A DNA stretch of 64,000 nt from Auanema rhodensis (taxonomy: Eukaryota; Animalia; Nematoda). This document shows positions 40,101 to 54,903 of this stretch, in pieces. The first letter of the stretch is position 1; each line of letters starts with the position of its first letter. The translations under genes and the position numbers were made by a program. The stretch covers positions 4,402,001 to 4,466,000 of the forward strand of contig OZ059896.1 in NCBI GenBank assembly GCA_964057225.1, written 5' to 3'. The notes under the pieces were generated by a model. The model was not told where the DNA came from. It worked only from the letters and a program-made list of their open reading frames with translations, and did no database searches.

Positions 40101-43100
40101 GTACATTTAATTAGCATAAATTAAAGTTCACGTAAATTTCAAAGTCATGGTTACCATGCACCAATATCAATAAAAATTTGTTTTTAAACTAATATGGACA
40201 TGGGGAATCTAATTTTGAAAACCGTATCTCTTTATCTTTCACGTGAAGCGAGTTACATACCTAGTGCACATCACGTGTACATTTAATTAGCATAAATTAA
40301 AGTTCACGTAAATTTCAAAGACATGGTTACCATGAACCAATATCAATAAAAATTTGTTTTAAACTAATATGGACATGGGTAATCTAATTTTGAAAACCGC
40401 ATCTCTTTATCTTTCACGTGAAGCGAGTTACATACCTAGTGCACATCACGTGTACATTTAATTAGCATAAATTAAAGTTCACGTAAATTTCAAAGTCATG
40501 GTTACCATGCACCAATATTAATAAAAATTTGTTTTTAGACTAATATGGACATGGGGAATCTAATTTTGAAAACCGCATCTCTTTATCTTTCACGTGAAGC
40601 GAGTTACATACCAAGTGCACATCACGTGTACATTTAATTAGCATAAATTAAAGTTCACGTAAATTTCAAAGTCATGGTTACCATGAACCAATATCGATAA
40701 AAATTTGTTTTTAGACTAATATGGACATGGGGAATCTAATTATGAAAACCGCATCTCTTTATCTTTCACGTGAAGCGAGTTACATACCAAGTGCACATCA
40801 CGTGTACATTTAATTAGCATAAATTAAAGTTCACGTAAATTTCAAAGTCATGGTTACCATGCACCAATATTAATAAAAATTTGTTTTTAGACTAATATGG
40901 ACATGGGGAATCTAATTTTGAAAACCGCATCTCTTTATCTTTCACGTGAAGCGAGTTACATACCAAGTGCACATCACGTGTACATTTAATTAGCATAAAT
41001 TAAAGTTCACGTAAATTTCAAAGTCATGGTTACCATGAACCAATATCAATAAAAATTTGTTTTTAGACTAATATGGACATGGGGAATCTAATTTTGAAAA
41101 CCGCATCTCTTTATCTTTCACGTGAAGCGAGTTACATACCAAGTGCACATCACGTGTACATTTAATTAGCATAAATTAAAGTTCACGTAAATTTCAAAGT
41201 CATGGTTACCATGCACCAATATCAATAAAAATTTGTTTTTAGACTAATATGGACACGGAGAATCTAATTTTGAAAACCGCATCTCTTTATCTTTCACGTG
41301 AAGCGAGTTACATACCAAGTGCACATCACGTGTACATTTAATTAGCATAAATTAAAGTTCACGTAAATTTCAAAGTCATGGTTACCATGCACCAATATCA
41401 ATAAAAATTTGTTTTTAAACTAATATGGACATGGGGAATCTAATTTTGAAAACCGTATCTCTTTATCTTTCACGTGAAGCGAGTTACATACCTAGTGCAC
41501 ATCACGTGTACATTTAATTAGCATAAATTAAAGTTCACGTAAATTTCAAAGTCATGGTTACCATGAACCAATATCAATAAAAATTTGTTTTAAACTAATA
41601 TGGACATGGGTAATCTAATTTTGAAAACCGCATCTCTTTATCTTTCACGTGAAGCGAGTTACATACCTAGTGCACATCACGTGTACATTTAATTAGCATA
41701 AATTAAAGTTCACGTAAATTTCAAAGTCATGGTTACCATGCACCAATATCAATAAAAATTTGTTTTTAAACTAATATGGACATGGGGAATCTAATTTTGA
41801 AAACCGTATCTCTTTATCTTTCACGTGAAGCGAGTTACATACCTAGTGCACATCACGTGTACATTTAATTAGCATAAATTAAAGTTCACGTAAATTTCAA
41901 AGACATGGTTACCATGAACCAATATCAATAAAAATTTGTTTTAAACTAATATGGACATGGGTAATCTAATTTTGAAAACCGCATCTCTTTATCTTTCACG
42001 TGAAGCGAGTTACATACCTAGTGCACATCACGTGTACATTTAATTAGCATAAATTAAAGTTCACGTAAATTTCAAAGTCATGGTTACCATGCACCAATAT
42101 CAATAAAAATTTGTTTTTAAACTAATATGGACATGGGGAATCTAATTTTGAAAACCGTATCTCTTTATCTTTCACGTGAAGCGAGTTACATACCTAGTGC
42201 ACATCACGTGTACATTTAATTAGCATAAATTAAAGTTCACGTAAATTTCAAAGTCATGGTTACCATGAACCAATATCAATAAAAATTTGTTTTTAGACTA
42301 ATATGGACATGGGGAATCTAATTTTGAAAACCGCATCTCTTTATCTTTCACGTGAAGCGAGTTACATACCAAGTGCACATCACGTGTACATTTAATTAGC
42401 ATAAATTAAAGTTCACGTAAATTTCAAAGTCATGGTTACCATGAACCAATATCAATAAAAATTTGTTTTTAGACTAATATGGACATGGGGAATCTAATTT
42501 TGAAAACCGCATCTCTTTATCTTTCACGTGAAGCGAGTTACATACCAAGTGCACATCACGTGTACATTTAATTAGCATAAATTAAAGTTCACGTAAATTT
42601 CAAAGTCATGGTTACCATGAACCAATATCGATAAAAATTTGTTTTTAGACTAATATGGACATGGGGAATCTAATTTTGAAAACCGCATCTCTTTATCTTT
42701 CACGTGAAGCGAGTTACATACCTAGTGCACATCACGTGTACATTTAATTAGCATAAATTAAAGTTCACGTAAATTTCAAAGTCATGGTTACCATGAACCA
42801 ATATCAATAAAAATTTGTTTTTAGACTAATATGGACATGGGGAATCTAATTATGAAAACCGCATCTCTTTATCTTTCACGTGAAGCGAGTTACATACCAA
42901 GTGCACATCACGTGTACATTTAATTAGCATAAATTAAAGTTCACGTAAATTTCAAAGTCATGGTTACCATGCACCAATATTAATAAAAATTTGTTTTTAG
43001 ACTAATATGGACATGGGGAATCTAATTTTGAAAACCGCATCTCTTTATCTTTCACGTGAAGCGAGTTACATACCAAGTGCGCATCACGTGTACATTTAAT

Positions 43101-45399
43101 TAGCATAAATTAAAGTTCACGTAAATTTCAAAGTCATGGTTACCATGAACCAATATCGATAAAAATTTGTTTTTAGACTAATATGGACATGGGGAATCTA
43201 ATTTTGAAAACCGCATCTCTTTATCTTTCACGTGAAGCGAGTTACATACCTAGTGCACATCACGTGTACATTTAATTAGCATAAATTAAAGTTCACGTAA
43301 ATTTCAAAGTCATGGTTACCATGAACCAATATCAATAAAAATTTGTTTTTAGACTAATATGGACATGGGGAATCTAATTATGAAAACCGCATCTCTTTAT
43401 CTTTCACGTGAAGCGAGTTACATACCAAGTGCACATCACGTGTACATTTAATTAGCATAAATTAAAGTTCACGTAAATTTCAAAGTCATGGTTACCATGC
43501 ACCAATATTAATAAAAATTTGTTTTTAGACTAATATGGACATGGGGAATCTAATTTTGAAAACCGCATCTCTTTATCTTTCACGTGAAGCGAGTTACATA
43601 CCAAGTGCACATCACGTGTACATTTAATTAGCATAAATTAAAGTTCACGTAAATTTCAAAGTCATGGTTACCATGAACCAATATCAATAAAAATTTGTTT
43701 TTAGACTAATATGGACATGGGGAATCTAATTTTGAAAACCGCATCTCTTTATCTTTCACGTGAAGCGAGTTACATACCAAGTGCACATCACGTGTACATT
43801 TAATTAGCATAAATTAAAGTTCACGTAAATTTCAAAGTCATGGTTACCATGCACCAATATCAATAAAAATTTGTTTTTAGACTAATATGGACACGGAGAA
43901 TCTAATTTTGAAAACCGCATCTCTTTATCTTTGACGTGAAGCGAGTTACATACCAAGTGCACATCACGTGTACATTTAATTAGCATAAATTAAAGTTCAC
44001 GTAAATTTCAAAGTCATGGTTACCATGCACCAATATCAATAAAAATTTGTTTTTAGACTAATATGGACATGGGGAATCTAATTTTGAAAACCGCATCTCT
44101 TTATCTTTCAAGTGAAGCGAGTTACATACCAAGTGCACATCACGTGTACATTTAATTAGCATAAATTAAAGTTCACGTAAATTTCAAAGTCATGGTTACC
44201 ATGCACCAATATCAATAAAAATTTGTTTTTAGACTAATATGGACACGGAGAATCTAATTTTGAAAACCGCATCTCTTTATCTTTCACGTGAAGCGAGTTA
44301 CATACCAAGTGCACATCACGTGTACATTTAATTAGCATAAATTAAAGTTCACGTAAATTTCAAAGTCATGGTTACCATGCACCAATATCAATAAAAATTT
44401 GTTTTTAGACTAATATGGACAAGGGGAATCTAATTTTGAAAACCGCATCTCTTTATCTTTCAAGTGAAGCGAGTTACATACCAAGTGCACATCACGTGTA
44501 CATTTAATTAGCATAAATTAAAGTTCACGTAAATTTCAAAGTCATGGTTACCATGCACCAATATCAATAAAAATTTGTTTTTAGACTAATATGGACATGA
44601 GGAATCTAATTTTGAAAACCGCATCTCTTTATCTTTCACGTGAAGCGAGTTACATACCAAGTGCACATCACGTGTACATTTAATTAGCATAAATTAAAGT
44701 TCACGTAAATTTCAAAGTCATGGTTACCATGCACCAATATCAATAAAAATTTGTTTTTAGACTAATATGAACATGGGGAATCTAATTTTGAAAACCGCAT
44801 CTCTTTATCTTTCACGTGAAGCGAGTTACATACCAAGTGCACATAACGTGTACATTTAATTAGCATAAATTAAAGTTCACGTAAATTTCAAAGTCATGGT
44901 TACCATGAACCAATATCAATAAAAATTTGTTTTCAGACTAATTTGGACATGGGGAATCTAATTTTGAAAACCGCATCTCTTTATCTTTCAAGTGAAGCGA
45001 GTTACATACCAAGTGAACATCACGTGTACATTTAATTAGCATAAATTAAAGTTCACGTAAATTTCAAAGTCATGGTTACCATGAACCAATATCAATAAAA
45101 ATTTGTTTTTAAACTAATATGGACATGGGGAATCTAATTTTGAAAACCGCATCTCTTTATCTTTCACGTGAAGCGAGTTACATACCTAGTGCACATCACG
45201 TGTACATTTAATTAGCATAAATTAAAGTTCACGTAAATTTCAAAGTCATGGTTACCATGAACCAATATCAATAAAAATTTGTTTTTAGACTAATATGGAC
45301 ATGGGGAATCTAATTTTGAAAATCGCATCTCTTTATCTTTCACGTGAAGCGAGTTACATACCAAGTGCACATCACGTGTACATTTAATTAGCATAAATT
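37132..45399 (+). repeat. 16-monomer (2816-bp) dispersed block duplication: 37132-39947 and 42584-45399; partial third copy 46984-49271
   Basis: Identical ordered variants, including private TTTGACGTG (38481, 43933, 47981) and GTGAAC p145A monomers (39420, 44872, 48920). The two full copies differ visibly only at 43081. Confidence 0.9.
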
Positions 45400-48300
45400 A
45401 AAGTTCACGTAAATTTCAAAGTCATGGTTACCATGAACCAATATCAATAAAAATTTGTTTTTAGACTAATATGGACATGGGGAATCTAATTTTGAAAACC
45501 GCATCTCTTTATCTTTCACGTGAAGCGAGTTACATACCTAGTGCACATCACGTGTACATTTAATTAGCATAAATTAAAGTTCACGTAAATTTCAAAGTCA
45601 TGGTTACCATGAACCAATATCAATAAAAATTTGTTTTTAGACTAATATGGACATGGGGAATCTAATTATGAAAACCGCATCTCTTTATCTTTCACGTGAA
45701 GCGAGTTACATACCAAGTGCACATCACGTGTACATTTAATTAGCATAAATTAAAGTTCACGTAAATTTCAAAGTCATGGTTACCATGAACCAATATCAAT
45801 AAAAATTTGTTTTTAGACTAATATGGACATGGGGAATCTAATTATGAAAACCGCATCTCTTTATCTTTCACGTGAAGCGAGTTACATACCAAGTGCACAT
45901 CACGTGTACATTTAATTAGCATAAATTAAAGTTCACGTAAATTTCAAAGTCATGGTTACCATGCACCAATATTAATAAAAATTTGTTTTTAGACTAATAT
46001 GGACATGGGGAATCTAATTATGAAAACCGCATCTCTTTATCTTTCACGTGAAGCGAGTTACATACCAAGTGCACATCACGTGTACATTTAATTAGCATAA
46101 ATTAAAGTTCACGTAAATTTCAAAGTCATGGTTACCATGAACCAATATCAATAAAAATTTGTTTTTAGACTAATATGGACATGGGGAATCTAATTTTGAA
46201 AACAGCATCTCTTTATCTTTCACGTGAAGCGAGTTACATACCAAGTGCACATCACGTGTACATTTAATTAGCATAAATTAAAGTTCACGTAAATTTCAAA
46301 GTCATGGTTACCATGCACCAATATCAATAAAAATTTGTTTTTAGACTAATATGGACACGGAGAATCTAATTTTGAAAACCGCATCTCTTTATCTTTCAAG
46401 TGAAGCGAGTTACATACCAAGTGCACATCACGTGTACATTTAATTAGCATAAATTAAAGTTCACGTAAATTTCAAAGTCATGGTTACCATGCACCAATAT
46501 CAATAAAAATTTGTTTTTAGACTAATATGGACACGGAGAATCTAATTTTGAAAACCGCATCTCTTTATCTTTCACGTGAAGCGAGTTACATACCAAGTGC
46601 ACATCACGTGTACATTTAATTAGCATAAATTAAAGTTCACGTAAATTTCAAAGTCATGGTTACCATGCACCAATATCAATAAAAATTTGTTTTTAGACTA
46701 ATATGGACAAGGGGAATCTAATTTTGAAAACCGCATCTCTTTATCTTTCAAGTGAAGCGAGTTACATACCAAGTGCACATCACGTGTACATTTAATTAGC
46801 ATAAATTAAAGTTCACGTAAATTTCAAAGTCATGGTTACCATGCACCAATATCAATAAAAATTTGTTTTTAGACTAATATGGACATGAGGAATCTAATTT
46901 TGAAAACCGCATCTCTTTATCTTTCACGTGAAGCGAGTTACATACCAAGTGCACATCACGTGTACATTTAATTAGCATAAATTAAAGTTCACGTAAATTT
47001 CAAAGTCATGGTTACCATGCACCAATATTAATAAAAATTTGTTTTTAGACTAATATGGACATGGGGAATCTAATTTTGAAAACCGCATCTCTTTATCTTT
47101 CACGTGAAGCGAGTTACATACCAAGTGCACATCACGTGTACATTTAATTAGCATAAATTAAAGTTCACGTAAATTTCAAAGTCATGGTTACCATGAACCA
47201 ATATCGATAAAAATTTGTTTTTAGACTAATATGGACATGGGGAATCTAATTTTGAAAACCGCATCTCTTTATCTTTCACGTGAAGCGAGTTACATACCTA
47301 GTGCACATCACGTGTACATTTAATTAGCATAAATTAAAGTTCACGTAAATTTCAAAGTCATGGTTACCATGAACCAATATCAATAAAAATTTGTTTTTAG
47401 ACTAATATGGACATGGGGAATCTAATTATGAAAACCGCATCTCTTTATCTTTCACGTGAAGCGAGTTACATACCAAGTGCACATCACGTGTACATTTAAT
47501 TAGCATAAATTAAAGTTCACGTAAATTTCAAAGTCATGGTTACCATGCACCAATATTAATAAAAATTTGTTTTTAGACTAATATGGACATGGGGAATCTA
47601 ATTTTGAAAACCGCATCTCTTTATCTTTCACGTGAAGCGAGTTACATACCAAGTGCACATCACGTGTACATTTAATTAGCATAAATTAAAGTTCACGTAA
47701 ATTTCAAAGTCATGGTTACCATGAACCAATATCAATAAAAATTTGTTTTTAGACTAATATGGACATGGGGAATCTAATTTTGAAAACCGCATCTCTTTAT
47801 CTTTCACGTGAAGCGAGTTACATACCAAGTGCACATCACGTGTACATTTAATTAGCATAAATTAAAGTTCACGTAAATTTCAAAGTCATGGTTACCATGC
47901 ACCAATATCAATAAAAATTTGTTTTTAGACTAATATGGACACGGAGAATCTAATTTTGAAAACCGCATCTCTTTATCTTTGACGTGAAGCGAGTTACATA
48001 CCAAGTGCACATCACGTGTACATTTAATTAGCATAAATTAAAGTTCACGTAAATTTCAAAGTCATGGTTACCATGCACCAATATCAATAAAAATTTGTTT
48101 TTAGACTAATATGGACATGGGGAATCTAATTTTGAAAACCGGATCTCTTTATCTTTCAAGTGAAGCGAGTTACATACCAAGTGCACATCACGTGTACATT
48201 TAATTAGCATAAATTAAAGTTCACGTAAATTTCAAAGTCATGGTTACCATGCACCAATATCAATAAAAATTTGTTTTTAGACTAATATGGACACGGAGAA

Positions 48301-49447
48301 TCTAATTTTGAAAACCGCATCTCTTTATCTTTCACGTGAAGCGAGTTACATACCAAGTGCACATCACGTGTACATTTAATTAGCATAAATTAAAGTTCAC
48401 GTAAATTTCAAAGTCATGGTTACCATGCACCAATATCAATAAAAATTTGTTTTTAGACTAATATGGACAAGGGGAATCTAATTTTGAAAACCGCATCTCT
48501 TTATCTTTCAAGTGAAGCGAGTTACATACCAAGTGCACGTCACGTGTACATTTAATTAGCATAAATTAAAGTTCACGTAAATTTCAAAGTCATGGTTACC
48601 ATGCACCAATATCAATAAAAATTTGTTTTTAGACTAATATGGACATGAGGAATCTAATTTTGAAAACCGCATCTCTTTATCTTTCACGTGAAGCGAGTTA
48701 CATACCAAGTGCACATCACGTGTACATTTAATTAGCATAAATTAAAGTTCACGTAAATTTCAAAGTCATGGTTACCATGCACCAATATCAATAAAAATTT
48801 GTTTTTAGACTAATATGAACATGGGGAATCTAATTTTGAAAACCGCATCTCTTTATCTTTCACGTGAAGCGAGTTACATACCAAGTGCACATAACGTGTA
48901 CATTTAATTAGCATAAATTAAAGTTCACGTAAATTTCAAAGTCATGGTTACCATGAACCAATATCAATAAAAATTTGTTTTCAGACTAATTTGGACATGG
49001 GGAATCTAATTTTGAAAACCGCATCTCTTTATCTTTCAAGTGAAGCGAGTTACATACCAAGTGAACATCACGTGTACATTTAATTAGCATAAATTAAAGT
49101 TCACGTAAATTTCAAAGTCATGGTTACCATGAACCAATATCAATAAAAATTTGTTTTTAAACTAATATGGACATGGGGAATCTAATTTTGAAAACCGCAT
49201 CTCTTTATCTTTCACGTGAAGCGAGTTACATACCAAGTGCACATCACGTGTACATTTAATTAGCATAAATTAAAGTTCACGTAAATTTCAAAGTCATGGT
49301 TACCATGCACCAATATCAATAAAAATTTGTTTTTAGACTAATATGGACATGGGGAATCTAATTTTGAAAACCGCATCTCTTTATCTTTCAAGTGAAGCGA
49401 GTTACATACCAAGTGCACATCACGTGTACATTTAATTAGCATAAATT

Positions 49448-52400
49448 AAAGTTCACGTAAATTTCAAAGTCATGGTTACCATGCACCAATATCAATAAAA
49501 ATTTGTTTTTAGACTAATATGGACACGGAGAATCTAATTTTGAAAACCGCATCTCTTTATCTTTCACGTGAAGCGAGTTACATACCAAGTGCACATCACG
49601 TGTACATTTAATTAGCATAAATTAAAGTTCACGTAAATTTCAAAGTCATGGTTACCATGCACCAATATCAATAAAAATTTGTTTTTAGACTAATATGGAC
49701 AAGGGGAATCTAATTTTGAAAACCGCATCTCTTTATCTTTCAAGTGAAGCGAGTTACATACCAAGTGCACGTCACGTGTACATTTAATTAGCATAAATTA
49801 AAGTTCACGTAAATTTCAAAGTCATGGTTACCATGCACCAATATCAATAAAAATTTGTTTTTAGACTAATATGGACATGAGGAATCTAATTTTGAAAACC
49901 GCATCTCTTTATCTTTCACGTGAAGCGAGTTACATACCAAGTGCACATCACGTGTACATTTAATTAGCATAAATTAAAGTTCACGTAAATTTCAAAGTCA
50001 TGGTTACCATGCACCAATATCAATAAAAATTTGTTTTTAGACTAATATGAACATGGGGAATCTAATTTTGAAAACCGCATCTCTTTATCTTTCACGTGAA
50101 GCGAGTTACATACCAAGTGCACATAACGTGTACATTTAATTAGCATAAATTAAAGTTCACGTAAATTTCAAAGTCATGGTTACCATGAACCAATATCAAT
50201 AAAAATTTGTTTTCAGACTAATTTGGACATGGGGAATCTAATTTTGAAAACCGCATCTCTTTATCTTTCAAGTGAAGCGAGTTACATACCAAGTGAACAT
50301 CACGTGTACATTTAATTAGCATAAATTAAAGTTCACGTAAATTTCAAAGTCATGGTTACCATGAACCAATATCAATAAAAATTTGTTTTTAAACTAATAT
50401 GGACATGGGGAATCTAATTTTGAAAACCGCATCTCTTTATCTTTCACGTGAAGCGAGTTACATACCTAGTGCACATCACGTGTACATTTAATTAGCATAA
50501 ATTAAAGTTCACGTAAATTTCAAAGTCATGGTTACCATGAACCAATATCAATAAAAATTTGTTTTTAGACTAATATGGACATGGGGAATCTAATTTTGAA
50601 AATCGCATCTCTTTATCTTTCACGTGAAGCGAGTTACATACCAAGTGCACATCACGTGTACATTTAATTAGCATAAATTAAAGTTCACGTAAATTTCAAA
50701 GTCATGGTTACCATGAACCAATATCAATAAAAATTTGTTTTTAGACTAATATGGACATGGGGAATCTAATTTTGAAAACCGCATCTCTTTATCTTTCACG
50801 TGAAGCGAGTTACATACCTAGTGCACATCACGTGTACATTTAATTAGCATAAATTAAAGTTCACGTAAATTTCAAAGTCATGGTTACCATGAACCAATAT
50901 CAATAAAAATTTGTTTTTAGACTAATATGGACATGGGGAATCTAATTATGAAAACCGCATCTCTTTATCTTTCACGTGAAGCGAGTTACATACCAAGTGC
51001 ACATCACGTGTACATTTAATTAGCATAAATTAAAGTTCACGTAAATTTCAAAGTCATGGTTACCATGAACCAATATCAATAAAAATTTGTTTTTAGACTA
51101 ATATGGACATGGGGAATCTAATTATGAAAACCGCATCTCTTTATCTTTCACGTGAAGCGAGTTACATACCAAGTGCACATCACGTGTACATTTAATTAGC
51201 ATAAATTAAAGTTCACGTAAATTTCAAAGTCATGGTTACCATGCACCAATATCAATAAAAATTTGTTTTTAGACTAATATGGACACGGAGAATCTAATTT
51301 TGAAAACCGCATCTCTTTATCTTTCACGTGAAGCGAGTTACATACCAAGTGCACATCACGTGTACATTTAATTAGCATAAATTAAAGTTCACGTAAATTT
51401 CAAAGTCATGGTTACCATGCACCAATATCAATAAAAATTTGTTTTTAGACTAATATGGACAAGGGGAATCTAATTTTGAAAACCGCATCTCTTTATCTTT
51501 CAAGTGAAGCGAGTTACATACCAAGTGCACGTCACGTGTACATTTAATTAGCATAAATTAAAGTTCACGTAAATTTCAAAGTCATGGTTACCATGCACCA
51601 ATATCAATAAAAATTTGTTTTTAGACTAATATGGACATGAGGAATCTAATTTTGAAAACCGCATCTCTTTATCTTTCACGTGAAGCGAGTTACATACCAA
51701 GTGCACATCACGTGTACATTTAATTAGCATAAATTAAAGTTCACGTAAATTTCAAAGTCATGGTTACCATGCACCAATATCAATAAAAATTTGTTTTTAG
51801 ACTAATATGAACATGGGGAATCTAATTTTGAAAACCGCATCTCTTTATCTTTCACGTGAAGCGAGTTACATACCAAGTGCACATAACGTGTACATTTAAT
51901 TAGCATAAATTAAAGTTCACGTAAATTTCAAAGTCATGGTTACCATGAACCAATATCAATAAAAATTTGTTTTCAGACTAATTTGGACATGGGGAATCTA
52001 TTTTTGAAAACCGCATCTCTTTATCTTTCAAGTGAAGCGAGTTACATACCAAGTGAACATCACGTGTACATTTAATTAGCATAAATTAAAGTTCACGTAA
52101 ATTTCAAAGTCATGGTTACCATGAACCAATATCAATAAAAATTTGTTTTTAAACTAATATGGACATGGGGAATCTAATTTTGAAAACCGCATCTCTTTAT
52201 CTTTCACGTGAAGCGAGTTACATACCTAGTGCACATCACGTGTACATTTAATTAGCATAAATTAAAGTTCACGTAAATTTCAAAGTCATGGTTACCATGA
52301 ACCAATATCAATAAAAATTTGTTTTTAGACTAATATGGACATGGGGAATCTAATTTTGAAAATCGCATCTCTTTATCTTTCACGTGAAGCGAGTTACATA

Positions 52401-52967
52401 CCAAGTGCACATCACGTGTACATTTAATTAGCATAAATTAAAGTTCACGTAAATTTCAAAGTCATGGTTACCATGAACCAATATCAATAAAAATTTGTTT
52501 TTAGACTAATATGGACATGGGGAATCTAATTTTGAAAACCGCATCTCTTTATCTTTCACGTGAAGCGAGTTACATACCTAGTGCACATCACGTGTACATT
52601 TAATTAGCATAAATTAAAGTTCACGTAAATTTCAAAGTCATGGTTACCATGAACCAATATCAATAAAAATTTGTTTTTAGACTAATATGGACATGGGGAA
52701 TCTAATTATGAAAACCGCATCTCTTTATCTTTCACGTGAAGCGAGTTACATACCAAGTGCACATCACGTGTACATTTAATTAGCATAAATTAAAGTTCAC
52801 GTAAATTTCAAAGTCATGGTTACCATGAACCAATATCAATAAAAATTTGTTTTTAGACTAATATGGACATGGGGAATCTAATTATGAAAACCGCATCTCT
52901 TTATCTTTCACGTGAAGCGAGTTACATACCAAGTGCACATCACGTGTACATTTAATTAGCATAAATT
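49448..52967 (+). repeat. 10-monomer tandem duplication (1760 bp x2)
   Basis: The order 79C82A; 79A120A148G; 81A; 75A150A; 63C72T120A145A; 65A140T; 100T; 140T; 93A; 93A occurs at 49448-51207 and 51208-52967. Confidence 0.9.
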
Positions 52968-54903
52968 AAAGTTCACGTAAATTTCAAAGTCATGGTTACC
53001 ATGCACCAATATTAATAAAAATTTGTTTTTAGACTAATATGGACATGGGGAATCTAATTTTGAAAACCGCATCTCTTTATCTTTCACGTGAAGCGAGTTA
53101 CATACCAAGTGCACATCACGTGTACATTTAATTAGCATAAATTAAAGTTCACGTAAATTTCAAAGTCATGGTTACCATGAACCAATATCAATAAAAATTT
53201 GTTTTTAGACTAATATGGACATGGGGAATCTAATTTTGAAAACAGCATCTCTTTATCTTTCACGTGAAGCGAGTTACATACCAAGTGCACATCACGTGTA
53301 CATTTAATTAGCATAAATTAAAGTTCACGTAAATTTCAAAGTCATGGTTACCATGCACCAATATCAATAAAAATTTGTTTTTAGACTAATATGGACACGG
53401 AGAATCTAATTTTGAAAACCGCATCTCTTTATCTTTCACGTGAAGCGAGTTACATACCAAGTGCACATCACGTGTACATTTAATTAGCATAAATTAAAGT
53501 TCACGTAAATTTCAAAGTCATGGTTACCATGCACCAATATCAATAAAAATTTGTTTTTAGACTAATATGGACATGGGGAATCTAATTTTGAAAACCGCAT
53601 CTCTTTATCTTTCAAGTGAAGCGAGTTACATACCAAGTGCACATCACGTGTACATTTAATTAGCATAAATTAAAGTTCACGTAAATTTCAAAGTCATGGT
53701 TACCATGCACCAATATCAATAAAAATTTGTTTTTAGACTAATATGGACACGGAGAATCTAATTTTGAAAACCGCATCTCTTTATCTTTCACGTGAAGCGA
53801 GTTACATACCAAGTGCACATCACGTGTACATTTAATTAGCATAAATTAAAGTTCACGTAAATTTCAAAGTCATGGTTACCATGCACCAATATCAATAAAA
53901 ATTTGTTTTTAGACTAATATGGACAAGGGGAATCTAATTTTGAAAACCGCATCTCTTTATCTTTCAAGTGAAGCGAGTTACATACCAAGTGCACATCACG
54001 TGTACATTTAATTAGCATAAATTAAAGTTCACGTAAATTTCAAAGTCATGGTTACCATGCACCAATATCAATAAAAATTTGTTTTTAGACTAATATGGAC
54101 ATGAGGAATCTAATTTTGAAAACCGCATCTCTTTATCTTTCACGTGAAGCGAGTTACATACCAAGTGCACATCACGTGTACATTTAATTAGCATAAATTA
54201 AAGTTCACGTAAATTTCAAAGTCATGGTTACCATGCACCAATATCAATAAAAATTTGTTTTTAGACTAATATGAACATGGGGAATCTAATTTTGAAAACC
54301 GCATCTCTTTATCTTTCACGTGAAGCGAGTTACATACCAAGTGCACATAACGTGTACATTTAATTAGCATAAATTAAAGTTCACGTAAATTTCAAAGTCA
54401 TGGTTACCATGAACCAATATCAATAAAAATTTGTTTTCAGACTAATTTGGACATGGGGAATCTAATTTTGAAAACCGCATCTCTTTATCTTTCACGTGAA
54501 GCGAGTTACATACCAAGTGCACATCACGTGTACATTTAATTAGCATAAATTAAAGTTCACGTAAATTTCAAAGTCATGGTTACCATGAACCAATATCAAT
54601 AAAAATTTGTTTTTAGACTAATATGGACATGGGGAATCTAATTTTGAAAACCGCATCTCTTTATCTTTCACGTGAAGCGAGTTACATACCAAGTGCACAT
54701 CACGTGTACATTTAATTAGCATAAAGTAAAGTTCACGTAAATTTCAAAGTCATGGTTACCATGCACCAATATCAATAAAAATTTGTTTTTAGACTAATAT
54801 GGACATGGGGAATCTAATTTTGAAAATCGCATCTCTTTATCTTTCACGTGAAGCGAGTTACATACCAAGTGCACATCACGTGTACATTTAATTAGCATAA
54901 ATT

